A DNA stretch of 47,256 nt from Halieaceae bacterium (lineage in GTDB: Bacteria; Pseudomonadota; Gammaproteobacteria; Pseudomonadales; Halieaceae), in NCBI GenBank assembly GCA_008081075.1, contig VMDB01000035.1, positions 1 through 47,256 on the forward strand, read 5' to 3'. The translations under genes were made by a program, and so were the position numbers. Each line of letters begins with the position of its first letter. Positions within the stretch are counted from its first letter, which is position 1. Below, piece after piece: positions 20,573 to 28,300 of the stretch. The notes under the pieces were generated by a model. That model was not told where the DNA came from, made no database searches, and saw nothing but the letters and a program-made list of their open reading frames with translations.

Positions 20573-21846
20573 GGACTGGAAGGCCGCCTGCGACGCCGGC
20601 CACGCCCCCGCCCTGGCGGTTGTTCGCGCTGTCCGCGTGCACTGCCAACCAGCTCAGGGTGTTTTGCCTGTTGCTGCTCCCAAAAATCGCTGCAGCGAGA
20701 CGTCATGTCGCTGGTCTGCTCCCTTAGCAGCAGCAGATCAAAAGCGGCCCTAAACCATCGGTGAGCGAGCAAGTCTCGCACTTTTTTGGCTTGCATGCGC
20801 TCCAATCGCGGCTGCAGGTCCCAAATATCCCGCATGGCCAGCGAGAATCGTTTGGGTACCGTTAGCCGTCGGCAGGCTTGCTGGACGATTTGTTGGCCCG
20901 CACTGTGCATCGCTTGGATGGGCGTTTCACCTTGGGTGGTAAGTGCAGCACTGCGGTGCGCTACAGCGGGCCAGTAGAGTGCCGCGAGCAGGAAAGCGGG
21001 GGTGACTGGCCGCCCGTCGGCAACGCGCTTGTCAGTGTTTCCGAGGGCCTTTCTCTGTAATTCGAGACTGCGCTGTTGAGCCATGGAGATGTCGATATCG
21101 TCACCCATCAGTGACGTCAGTAAATCGAAGTGGGATAGCAGCATAAAGGTCGGTTCGGAGAAGCCGTTCATAAAGAGCTTCAGCCACTCGTCGAACAGCC
21201 GCGCGGCGGGAATATCCGCCAGCAAATGACGAGTCTCTGCGATAGCAGCTTCAGTATCGCGCTCTAGGTCAAATTCCAATCGGGCGGCGAAACGAACGAC
21301 TCTAAGCATTCTGACCGGATCCTCTGTGTAGCGATCCGCAGGATTTCCGATGATCCTGATAAGACGCGCAGTAATGTCGGCGGCGCCGTTCAGAAAATCA
21401 ATAAGTTGGTGGTTGGTCGGGTCGTAATACAGTGCGTTGATGGTCAGGTCCCGCCGAAGTGCATCCTCTTCGAGGGTGCCGTATACGTTATCGCGCAACA
21501 GCCGGCCAGATTGGGAGGCGCGAGCGGCCTGCGTCGGTTGGTCGTTATCATGGTTTCCGCGAAAGGTCGTGACTTCGATGATTTCGCCGCCGGACCTGAC
21601 GTGGACGATCTGGAAGCGTCGCCCAATGATGCGTGCGTTTCGAAAGGTTTGCCTGATTTCTTCTGGCGTTGCGTTGGTAGCGACATCGAAATCTTTGGGA
21701 TTTGTGCCGAGTAGCAGATCGCGAATAGCCCCACCCACGACATACGCCTCGAAGCCCGCGCGCTGCAGATGGGTGACGACCTGCAGGGCGCCCTTGGAGA
21801 ACGCGGCGGTGTCGATTGTTGTCATAGCGGCCCGGGGTGTTGGCAT
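20569..21846 (-). CDS. pcnB: Poly(A) polymerase I
   Basis: VGGAIRDLLLG..PKDFDVAT, IIGRRFQIVHV (PAP-type signature), EVTTFR, RRDLTINALY, EDPVRMLR, Arg-rich tail; start could be 21825. Confidence 0.96.
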   Translation of the reverse strand: MPTPRAAMTTIDTAAFSKGALQVVTHLQRAGFEAYVVGGAIRDLLLGTNPKDFDVATNATPEEIRQTFRNARIIGRRFQIVHVRSGGEIIEVTTFRGNHDNDQPTQAARASQSGRLLRDNVYGTLEEDALRRDLTINALYYDPTNHQLIDFLNGAADITARLIRIIGNPADRYTEDPVRMLRVVRFAARLEFDLERDTEAAIAETRHLLADIPAARLFDEWLKLFMNGFSEPTFMLLSHFDLLTSLMGDDIDISMAQQRSLELQRKALGNTDKRVADGRPVTPAFLLAALYWPAVAHRSAALTTQGETPIQAMHSAGQQIVQQACRRLTVPKRFSLAMRDIWDLQPRLERMQAKKVRDLLAHRWFRAAFDLLLLREQTSDMTSRCSDFWEQQQAKHPELVGSARGQREQPPGRGRGRRRRRPSSP

Positions 21847-21928
21847 GCTAAGCGCTCACGGGCCATTGGCTTCGGGGAAGTAGGTGGTCGTTTTCGGCAG
21901 CCACCTGCGCGCGAGGGGCGGTATCGAG

Positions 21929-21973
21929 AGTGCCGATTGCAGGAGTGCCGATCGCATCAGTGCCAGTGGCAGA
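21929..21973. repeat. Three imperfect 15-bp tandem repeats
   Basis: AGTGCCGATTGCAGG / AGTGCCGATCGCATC / AGTGCCAGTGGCAGA. Confidence 0.7.
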
Positions 21974-21986
21974 AATATGGGGGACG

Positions 21987-22016
21987 AAAAGAAACATGGG
22001 GAAGTTTCCTCCCCCA
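21987..22016 (-). terminator. Intrinsic terminator of the putative sRNA
   Basis: Minus strand TGGGGGAG-GAAA-CTTCCCCA followed by TGTTTCTTTT. Confidence 0.75.
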
Positions 22017-22076
22017 CCCAGGTCCGTTATGACATCGTTATTTTTATTGGGCCGGTTTTTATTATTTCGACTCTGC
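21987..22076 (-). ncRNA. Putative short CrcZ-like Hfq-sequestering sRNA (~90 nt)
   Basis: Lies between cbrB and pcnB, the crcZ position in Pseudomonas; sigma-54 promoter upstream; AAATAATAAAAA and AATAAAAATAA (AAnAAnAA motifs); intrinsic terminator at the 3' end. Ends are predicted. Confidence 0.7.
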
Positions 22077-22086
22077 CATTTCTGCC

Positions 22087-22101
22087 GCAGGGTGCATGCC
22101 A
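22087..22101 (-). promoter_or_regulatory. Sigma-54 (-24/-12) promoter
   Basis: Minus strand TGGCATGCACCCTGC, GG-N10-GC, close to consensus TGGCAC-N5-TTGC. Confidence 0.75.
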
Positions 22102-22108
22102 CTTTAAA

Positions 22109-22121
22109 AAAGTGCTTGATA
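22109..22121 (-). promoter_or_regulatory. Putative IHF binding site
   Basis: TATCAAGCACTTT versus WATCAANNNNTTR (1 mismatch), in an AT-rich tract between the upstream sites and the sigma-54 promoter. Confidence 0.55.
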
Positions 22122-22175
22122 AACAGACAGTTGTTCATTTTTTGACTCAATTATTAACTGCAACGGCGCGCGTTT

Positions 22176-22202
22176 TGTTACCTATATGCACTTAGGTGTT
22201 AC
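22176..22202. promoter_or_regulatory. Putative CbrB upstream activating sequence (two TGTTAC subsites)
   Basis: TGTTAC at 22176-22181 and 22197-22202 (21-bp period), about 100-127 bp upstream of the predicted start; TGTTAC is the described Pseudomonas CbrB subsite. Confidence 0.65.
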
Positions 22203-22225
22203 GAATTTGCACTGGGCTGGCCGCA

Positions 22226-23575
22226 TCATGCCGACTTTTGCTTACTGCGGGGTATGCCAAAACGCTGGCGACGCTCCCACAAGCACTTACGGCTGATGCC
22301 AAGCTTTTGCGCTAATTCCGTCTCATTCATCGCTTCCTGATGCTCTAGCACGAACCGCTGAAAATAGTCTTCGAGAGACAGCTCATCAGCGGTTTCTGCA
22401 GGTCGCGACGACGAAGCGTTGGGTGGAGGTTGGCGGGATTCAGCGCTGGCATGAGGTAAATCGTCTGGTAAATCGATTTCTACGTTCGGGCCGCTGGATA
22501 GCACTAACGCCCTTTCAATGACGTTCTGCATTTCTCGGACATTACCGGGCCAGTGATAATCAGCGATCAGACGCTGGCTTCGTGCGCTGATCGGTCGGGG
22601 AGGGATCCCGAGTTTGACGGCAATGCGCTCAACGAACCATTGTGCCATCGCGGTGATATCTTCTGCCCGATCGCGCAGGGGCGGAATGTCGAGCCGCAAC
22701 ACATCAATGCGATAAAAAAGATCTTGGCGAAAATCGTTGTTAGCGGCCAGCTGGGCGAGGTCCCGGTGCGTCGCACATATGAGTCTTACATCGACCCGCT
22801 TGGTGGCCACTGAACCGATTTGCCGAATTTCGCCTTCCTGCAAAAATCGCAGGAGTCTCGCTTGGGCGGCGAGCGGCAGTTCCCCGATCTCATCAAGAAA
22901 TAGCGTGCCCCCGTCGGCCGCTTCAATCAGCCCGATACGGTTGCTCGTCGCACCTGTAAATGCACCTTTCTCGTAGCCAAAGAGCTCAGATTCGATCAGA
23001 GTTTCGGGAATAGCAGCACAGTTTACGGTGATCAAAGGCGCACTTCGGCGCTTGCTGGCTGCATGTACTTGCTGCGCCGCCAGCTCTTTTCCGGTGCCTG
23101 TTTCTCCCGTGATTAGCACGGTCGAATCGGTTTGCGCTACGCGCAGGGTCATAGCTTGCAAATCGCACATGACATCGCAGCGAGTGCTTTTGAATTCTCT
23201 ACCGCGGGAGTGCGTTGCTTTGCGTTCGGCAATTTCGTGGCAGAGTTGCCTGAGCCACTCCGTGACTTGCTCTAGCGACGCTGTACGCGCGTGGATATCC
23301 AGTGCACCTTCTCTACCCGCCGCCAATGCCGCAGAGGTATCCATCAGATTTGAGAGGCGCGCCATGGGTGTCGGCCAGCAAGCGTGCCTCAGCATTTCTG
23401 GAGTTTTCTCCGCGCTATGTTCGCCAATGACGACCAGTTCACATCCCTCGCCCAGCCAATCACAACTCTGGGGATCGATTTGGGAGTGAGCCACGACCTC
23501 AATGTGATGCGCGGCCATGGCTGTGCGAATGTCATCGCAGAGTTGAGGACAAGAGTCGATCAGGCGTATTCGCAT
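22226..23575 (-). CDS. cbrB: Sigma-54 enhancer-binding protein, CbrB orthologue with a degenerate receiver domain
   Basis: [50 protein letters not shown]; C-terminus [15 protein letters not shown]...[25 protein letters not shown] matches CbrB as I recall it; syntenic between gluQ and pcnB. Confidence 0.88.
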   Translation of the reverse strand: MRIRLIDSCPQLCDDIRTAMAAHHIEVVAHSQIDPQSCDWLGEGCELVVIGEHSAEKTPEMLRHACWPTPMARLSNLMDTSAALAAGREGALDIHARTASLEQVTEWLRQLCHEIAERKATHSRGREFKSTRCDVMCDLQAMTLRVAQTDSTVLITGETGTGKELAAQQVHAASKRRSAPLITVNCAAIPETLIESELFGYEKGAFTGATSNRIGLIEAADGGTLFLDEIGELPLAAQARLLRFLQEGEIRQIGSVATKRVDVRLICATHRDLAQLAANNDFRQDLFYRIDVLRLDIPPLRDRAEDITAMAQWFVERIAVKLGIPPRPISARSQRLIADYHWPGNVREMQNVIERALVLSSGPNVEIDLPDDLPHASAESRQPPPNASSSRPAETADELSLEDYFQRFVLEHQEAMNETELAQKLGISRKCLWERRQRFGIPRSKQKSA

Positions 23576-23665
23576 GCCTTATTCCAACGCATCTGGGAGG
23601 TAAAGTGTAACCGCCCGGTGTCACCGAGCGAGTGAAAAAGTAACATCTCATGCTACCGACAACGA

Positions 23666-24514
23666 TCAGAAAGCGCTAGTCCAGTGAGCCGTGGCATGGT
23701 CGAGGATGTTTTCGACAGATATCGCAGAGGGTGGCGGGGCCGGTTGAGACAAGTGCGCGAGGCAGCGACGCAGAGTCACGGCTGGCGATGCAGAGCTGAC
23801 AGCCTCAGCCCCCGTTTGTTTGCTCAATTTATTGCCGTCCGCGTCGACCATGACCGGCACGTGTGCGTAGTTTGGCGACGTGAGTCCTAGGATTTGATGT
23901 AACCACCGTTGCCGGTGGGTTGACTCAAGGAGGTCAGCGCCTCTGACCACGTGGGTATGATGGGGTCTGGCATCGTCAATGGCGGCCGCGAGTTGGTAGG
24001 CGAATAGTCCGTCGCGTCGTCTGACTATGAAGTCTTCCGGGATTTGACTTTGGGAAGGAACCTGTAGACCCAGAAAGCCGTCCTCAAAGCCCGACATGTC
24101 GCCAACCGATACGACCACGCGAAGGCTGTGTGGAGCTGTTGCGTCGACTCGATGTTCGCGGCAGTTTTGTCCGCACGCTCCATGCATGTTGAGGTGGGTG
24201 CGGGTACACAGACAGCGAAAAAGCCAGCCATCTGCCTTTAGCTGTTGCAACGCGCGCTCGTAGGCTGGCGCAGAATGAGACTGATAGATGATCGGCCCAT
24301 CCCACTGCAGGCCGTGATTGGTAAGCGTGGAGAGGATGTTCTCCACGCTGCCAGGGACCGCTCGCGGCGGATCAATGTCATCTATGCGAAGATGCCACGC
24401 GCCGCTATTTCTCCGCGCGTCTAGAAAACTCGCCAATGCGGCGACCATCGAGCCAAGATGGAGGGGTCCCGTGGGTGAAGGGGCGAACCTTCCCCGGTAA
24501 ATGCTTGAGCTCAC
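23666..24514 (-). CDS. gluQ: Glutamyl-Q tRNA(Asp) synthetase
   Basis: GRFAPSPTGPLHLGS, LRIDDIDPPR, AYQLA, VVRGADLL, KLSKQ; truncated GluRS downstream of dksA. Confidence 0.95.
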   Translation of the reverse strand: MSSSIYRGRFAPSPTGPLHLGSMVAALASFLDARRNSGAWHLRIDDIDPPRAVPGSVENILSTLTNHGLQWDGPIIYQSHSAPAYERALQQLKADGWLFRCLCTRTHLNMHGACGQNCREHRVDATAPHSLRVVVSVGDMSGFEDGFLGLQVPSQSQIPEDFIVRRRDGLFAYQLAAAIDDARPHHTHVVRGADLLESTHRQRWLHQILGLTSPNYAHVPVMVDADGNKLSKQTGAEAVSSASPAVTLRRCLAHLSQPAPPPSAISVENILDHATAHWTSAF

Positions 24515-24530
24515 ATAGGGCCTGGGCCGT

Positions 24531-25286
24531 TCAACCCAGTTCCTGTCTTTCCTTTATTTCTGCCAACGTTTTGCAGTCTATGCACATTGTTGCCGTGGGG
24601 CGGGCTTCCAGACGTTGGATACCGATTTCGATACCGCAGGCGTCGCAATAGCCGTAGTCGTCGTTTTGTAGTCGGTCCAAGGTGGAATCGATCTTTTTGA
24701 TGAGCTTTCGCTCTCGGTCCCGCGTTCTCAGCTCTAGGCTGAACTCTTCTTCTTGCGTCGCGCGATCCGCGGGGTCGGGAAAATTCGCCGCCTCGTCTTT
24801 CATGTGGGAGACCGTCCGCGTCACCTCATCGACAAGTTCGCCACGCCAGTTGAGCAAAATGCCTCGGAAATGCTCAATTTGCTCGTCGCTCATGTAGCTT
24901 TCGCCCCGCCCTGGCTTGTAAGGCTTGAAGTCGTCAAACTTCTGCAATTCACCGACTGCTCTGGCTAATTTAGGTTGTGACTTCGCTGCGACTTTTTTCG
25001 GGGCTGCTGCTTTTTTAGCGGGTGCTTTTTTGGCGGCGGCTTTTTTAGGGGCTACTGCTTTCTTAGCGGGCGCTTTTTTGGCTGCTGCTTTTTTAGCGGG
25101 CGCTTTTTTGGCGGCGGCTTTTTTAGGGGTTACTGCTTTTTTTGCGGGTGCTTTTTTAGCCGCGGCTTTTTTAGGAGCTGCTGCTTTCTTAGCGGGCGCT
25201 TTTTTGGCGGCGGCTTTTTTAGGAGCTGCTGCTTTCTTAGCGGGCGCTTTTTTGGCCTTGGAGCTGGCTGTTTTTCGATTGGCCAT
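24531..25286 (-). CDS. dksA: RNA polymerase-binding factor DksA with a long Lys/Ala/Pro-rich N-terminal extension
   Basis: [32 protein letters not shown] coiled coil, CDAC...CIDC zinc finger, RLEARPTA. Confidence 0.97.
   Translation of the reverse strand: MANRKTASSKAKKAPAKKAAAPKKAAAKKAPAKKAAAPKKAAAKKAPAKKAVTPKKAAAKKAPAKKAAAKKAPAKKAVAPKKAAAKKAPAKKAAAPKKVAAKSQPKLARAVGELQKFDDFKPYKPGRGESYMSDEQIEHFRGILLNWRGELVDEVTRTVSHMKDEAANFPDPADRATQEEEFSLELRTRDRERKLIKKIDSTLDRLQNDDYGYCDACGIEIGIQRLEARPTATMCIDCKTLAEIKERQELG
24984..25253 (-). repeat. Coding tandem repeat: 17 KKxxA/KKAxxP units (histone-H1-like) in dksA
   Basis: Residues 12-101 are 5- and 6-aa units with an ~16-aa (48-bp) higher-order period [16 protein letters not shown]. 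Confidence 0.95.
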
Positions 25287-25453
25287 TTTGATAATTTCCC
25301 TTTCTACGTAGCATCGCGGGCGCTACTGCTCCCCATAGGGCGACGCAAACTATCAGATCTCTTCGATTCGCGCCAGCGCTGATTTTCCCTTTGACAATGC
25401 TTGGCTTTGCTAACGCCGTAATATGGTAGTCAGTGGCTGAAATGGTGGGAGTC

Positions 25454-26152
25454 ATGGAATTTCCGGTACTGACAGCGGGTCACCTGATGAGGCGTTACAA
25501 GCGGTTTCTCGCCGATGTGCGACTGGCGAACAGCGGTGACGTGGTTTGCGTGCACTGTCCCAATACGGGGGCCATGACTGGCTGCCAGCCGGTCGGGGGG
25601 CGGGTGTGGCTGTCTTTTCACGATGATCCGCGGCGCAAGCTGCAATGGACTTGGGAGCTTGTGGAGACCGACACCGGTTTGGCCTGCATTCACGCGGCGT
25701 TGGCGAACCGTTTGGTAGCGGAGGCAATCGAGCGGGGATTCTTTGCCGAGATCTGGCCGAAGGGTGCTCCCCTTTATCGCGAGAGACCATTGGGGAGGAA
25801 ATCGCGAGTCGATTTCTTTGTGGACTGGAATCACGGCATTTATGTCGAGGTTAAATCGGTTTCGCTCCATTTGGGTGGAGGTGAAGGTGCTTTTCCCGAC
25901 GCGGTCAGTGCCAGAGCCACCAAGCATCTTGTTGATTTGGTGGCGGCGAGGAAAAAGGGCTACCGGGTTCTGCTTGTGTTCTGTGTGATGCATGCGGCTA
26001 TCGAGCACGTATCTCCAGCGCATCATGTTGACCCCGCATATGCTGAACATCTGTCCTGGGCTTTGGCGCATGGGCTTGAGATCTACGTGCTTTTCAATGA
26101 CATGAGCACCGGGGGCATTTATCCTCGACGTCTAGCGAGTATGGAGGGGTAA
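25454..26152 (+). CDS. sfsA: Sugar fermentation stimulation protein SfsA (DNA/RNA nuclease family)
   Basis: RRYKRFLADV, HCPNTGAMTGC, SRVDF, YVEVKSVSL, FPDAVSARATKHL; ATG 25454 after GGGAG. Confidence 0.95.
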   Translation: MEFPVLTAGHLMRRYKRFLADVRLANSGDVVCVHCPNTGAMTGCQPVGGRVWLSFHDDPRRKLQWTWELVETDTGLACIHAALANRLVAEAIERGFFAEIWPKGAPLYRERPLGRKSRVDFFVDWNHGIYVEVKSVSLHLGGGEGAFPDAVSARATKHLVDLVAARKKGYRVLLVFCVMHAAIEHVSPAHHVDPAYAEHLSWALAHGLEIYVLFNDMSTGGIYPRRLASMEG

Positions 26153-26157
26153 GCGGA

Positions 26158-26856
26158 GTGGAGAGCGCCTCGATACTATTGGGGATCTGTGCAAGGCACC
26201 TTGTTGCCTTGGAACCTAATTTGCTGGCGGAGCCTGCTACCGCCAGAGCGTTTGTTCGGCTCGCCGAGCGCGCTGCCGCGAAAGGTTTCGATTTGCGCGT
26301 AGCCTCCGCATTCAGAGACTACGATCGGCAGAGCCTGATTATTAATCAGAAATGGAGTGGCGCCCGCCCGGTAAGCGATGCGTCGGGACAGCCACTGGCA
26401 CGAGAGGGCGTGAGCGATCGCAAGTGGTTGGAGGCGATCCTGCGCTTTTCTGCTTTGCCGGGCACCTCAAGGCATCACTGGGGGACGGATCTGGACATTT
26501 GGGATGCCTCGACAGTCCCCGGCGACTATCGCCCACGGTTGGAAGCCAATGAGTACGCGCCGGGCGGCGTTTTTGCCGCGCTGACGGCCTGGCTGGATGA
26601 ACTCATTGCTGCAGATAATGCCGAGGGGTTTTACAAACCCTACGACGTGGACCGCGGCGGTGTTGCACCTGAGCCTTGGCATATCAGCTACCGCCCCGTT
26701 GCCAGGTCACTACAGAAAGCCCAGTGCATCGATATCTGTTGGCCGCTGTGGCGCGGCGACCCTGATCCCGAAGGCCATTGCCACGAGGCGATGGCAATGC
26801 TGCCGTTACTCGAACGTGATGGCGAGGCGCTGTTCAATCGGTTTGTGCTTGTCTGA
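26158..26856 (+). CDS. M15-family metallopeptidase (D-Ala-D-Ala carboxypeptidase/LdcB-like)
   Basis: SAFRDYDRQ, SALPGTSRHHWGTDLD (SxHxxxxxxD) and EPWHISY (ExxH). Confidence 0.88.
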   Translation: MESASILLGICARHLVALEPNLLAEPATARAFVRLAERAAAKGFDLRVASAFRDYDRQSLIINQKWSGARPVSDASGQPLAREGVSDRKWLEAILRFSALPGTSRHHWGTDLDIWDASTVPGDYRPRLEANEYAPGGVFAALTAWLDELIAADNAEGFYKPYDVDRGGVAPEPWHISYRPVARSLQKAQCIDICWPLWRGDPDPEGHCHEAMAMLPLLERDGEALFNRFVLV

Positions 26857-26937
26857 GCCCGGGTTTGCGGAAATACCTCCAGCGTTAGCGCAAAAATCCC
26901 GGCACCGCTCGACGATGCGCTCGCCGCCAGTGTAGCG

Positions 26938-28200
26938 CTATGCGCCCTCCCAGGGAGCGCACCGCTTTGGCACCAGTACTTGTTTTAGACGGGTGTAGCG
27001 CGGAAGTCCTCGCTGGTAAGGCGGGTAGGCTTCGCCCGCGATGAGTGGCGCAAAATAATCACGCGCCGAGGTCGTGATGCCAAAGCCATCTTTGCTGATG
27101 AAGCGTCGCGGCATCTTCTTTTCACGATTGGCAACGCGACTCAGCGGTACGGGGTCAATTGACCAACGATAAGGACGGTCGGAGTTGCGTTTAATGGCGG
27201 GCATGACCGCGTTGGCGCCGGCGACGGCGAGCTCGACCGCGGCTTTACCCAGAGCGAGCGCTTGATCGACATCTGTCTGGCTCGCGATATGACGAGCAGC
27301 CCTTTGCAAGTAATCGGCTACCGCCCAGTGGTATTTGTAGCCCAGATTGTCCTTAATCAGACCGGCAAGCAGGGGCGCCAGACCGCCAAGTTGGGCGTGC
27401 CCGAAGGCATCGCGCTCCCCCTGATCCGACAACAATTTTCCATCCGCGGTACTGGTGCCCTCGGAGGCAACAATCACGCAGTAGCCATAGCGCTCAACGC
27501 AGGCCTTTACCCGCTGCAGAAAACGGTCTTTGTCGAACGCGATCTCGGGAAAAAGGATAATGTGCGGTGCGTCACCGCGCCCACTCGCCGCAAGCGCGCT
27601 CGCGCCCGCGATCCATCCCGCGTGTCGACCCATCACTTCCAAAATGAAAACCTTGGTTGAAGTCGCGCACATCGATGCAATATCAAGTGCGGCCTCGCGG
27701 GTGGATATGGCGACGTATTTGGCGACAGAACCGAAGCCAGGACAGTTGTCAGTGAGCGGCAGGTCATTATCGATTGTCTTTGGAACGTGAATGGCCGTGA
27801 TGGGAAAGCCCATGCTGGCACTGATTTGCGACACTTTGAGGCAGGTATCCGCAGAGTCTCCGCCGCCGTTGTACAGAAAGTAGCCAATGTTATGCGCCTT
27901 GAAAACCTCGATCAGTCGCTCGTACTCCGCGCGATTCTCCGAGAGGCTTCGGAGTTTGTAACGACAGGAACCAAACGCGCCCCCGGGCGTGTTGATCAGG
28001 CCTTCGATGGAGCGGGGGCTTTCCTTCGAGGTATCGATAAGATTTTCCTGCAAAGCGCCCAAGATGCCATTCTGCCCTGCGAGGACTTTGCCGATCTGCT
28101 TGGGATAGCGCTTCGCTGCCTGGATCACTCCCGCGGCAGAGGCATTGATCACCGGAGTGACGCCGCCAGACTGGGCATAGAAAAGATTGCGTTTGCTCAT
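26938..28200 (-). CDS. PfkA-family phosphofructokinase, probably pyrophosphate-dependent
   Basis: AQSGGVTPVIN, NGGGDS (Asp at the donor-specifying position), PKTIDNDL, LEVMGRHAGW, DAFGHAQLGG. Confidence 0.88.
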   Translation of the reverse strand: MSKRNLFYAQSGGVTPVINASAAGVIQAAKRYPKQIGKVLAGQNGILGALQENLIDTSKESPRSIEGLINTPGGAFGSCRYKLRSLSENRAEYERLIEVFKAHNIGYFLYNGGGDSADTCLKVSQISASMGFPITAIHVPKTIDNDLPLTDNCPGFGSVAKYVAISTREAALDIASMCATSTKVFILEVMGRHAGWIAGASALAASGRGDAPHIILFPEIAFDKDRFLQRVKACVERYGYCVIVASEGTSTADGKLLSDQGERDAFGHAQLGGLAPLLAGLIKDNLGYKYHWAVADYLQRAARHIASQTDVDQALALGKAAVELAVAGANAVMPAIKRNSDRPYRWSIDPVPLSRVANREKKMPRRFISKDGFGITTSARDYFAPLIAGEAYPPYQRGLPRYTRLKQVLVPKRCAPWEGA

Positions 28201-28300
28201 CGTCTGACACCGCGGTCAAAAGTTGGGGGCATACGGTAGACCGCACAGCACACAATGGCAATGTGCGCATGCTAATCTGCGGCTGGCGAGGGAGTCTTTT

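Noticed and set aside
22005-22030. GGA motifs (ACGGA, AGGA) suggesting a CsrA/RsmA-binding RNA
   Set aside because: Only two, and not presented in repeated hairpin loops as in Csr/Rsm RNAs.
21848-22195. Three short ORFs (100, 103 and 71 aa) in the cbrB-pcnB gap
   Set aside because: They cross the promoter, A-rich motifs and terminator, and have no recognisable RBS or domain; an sRNA explains the region better.
24925-25311. Hydrophobic 128-aa AAAFLAG-repeat ORF, and the repeat as a CRISPR-like array
   Set aside because: It is the antisense reading of the dksA KKAPA repeat; there are no unique spacers and no cas genes.
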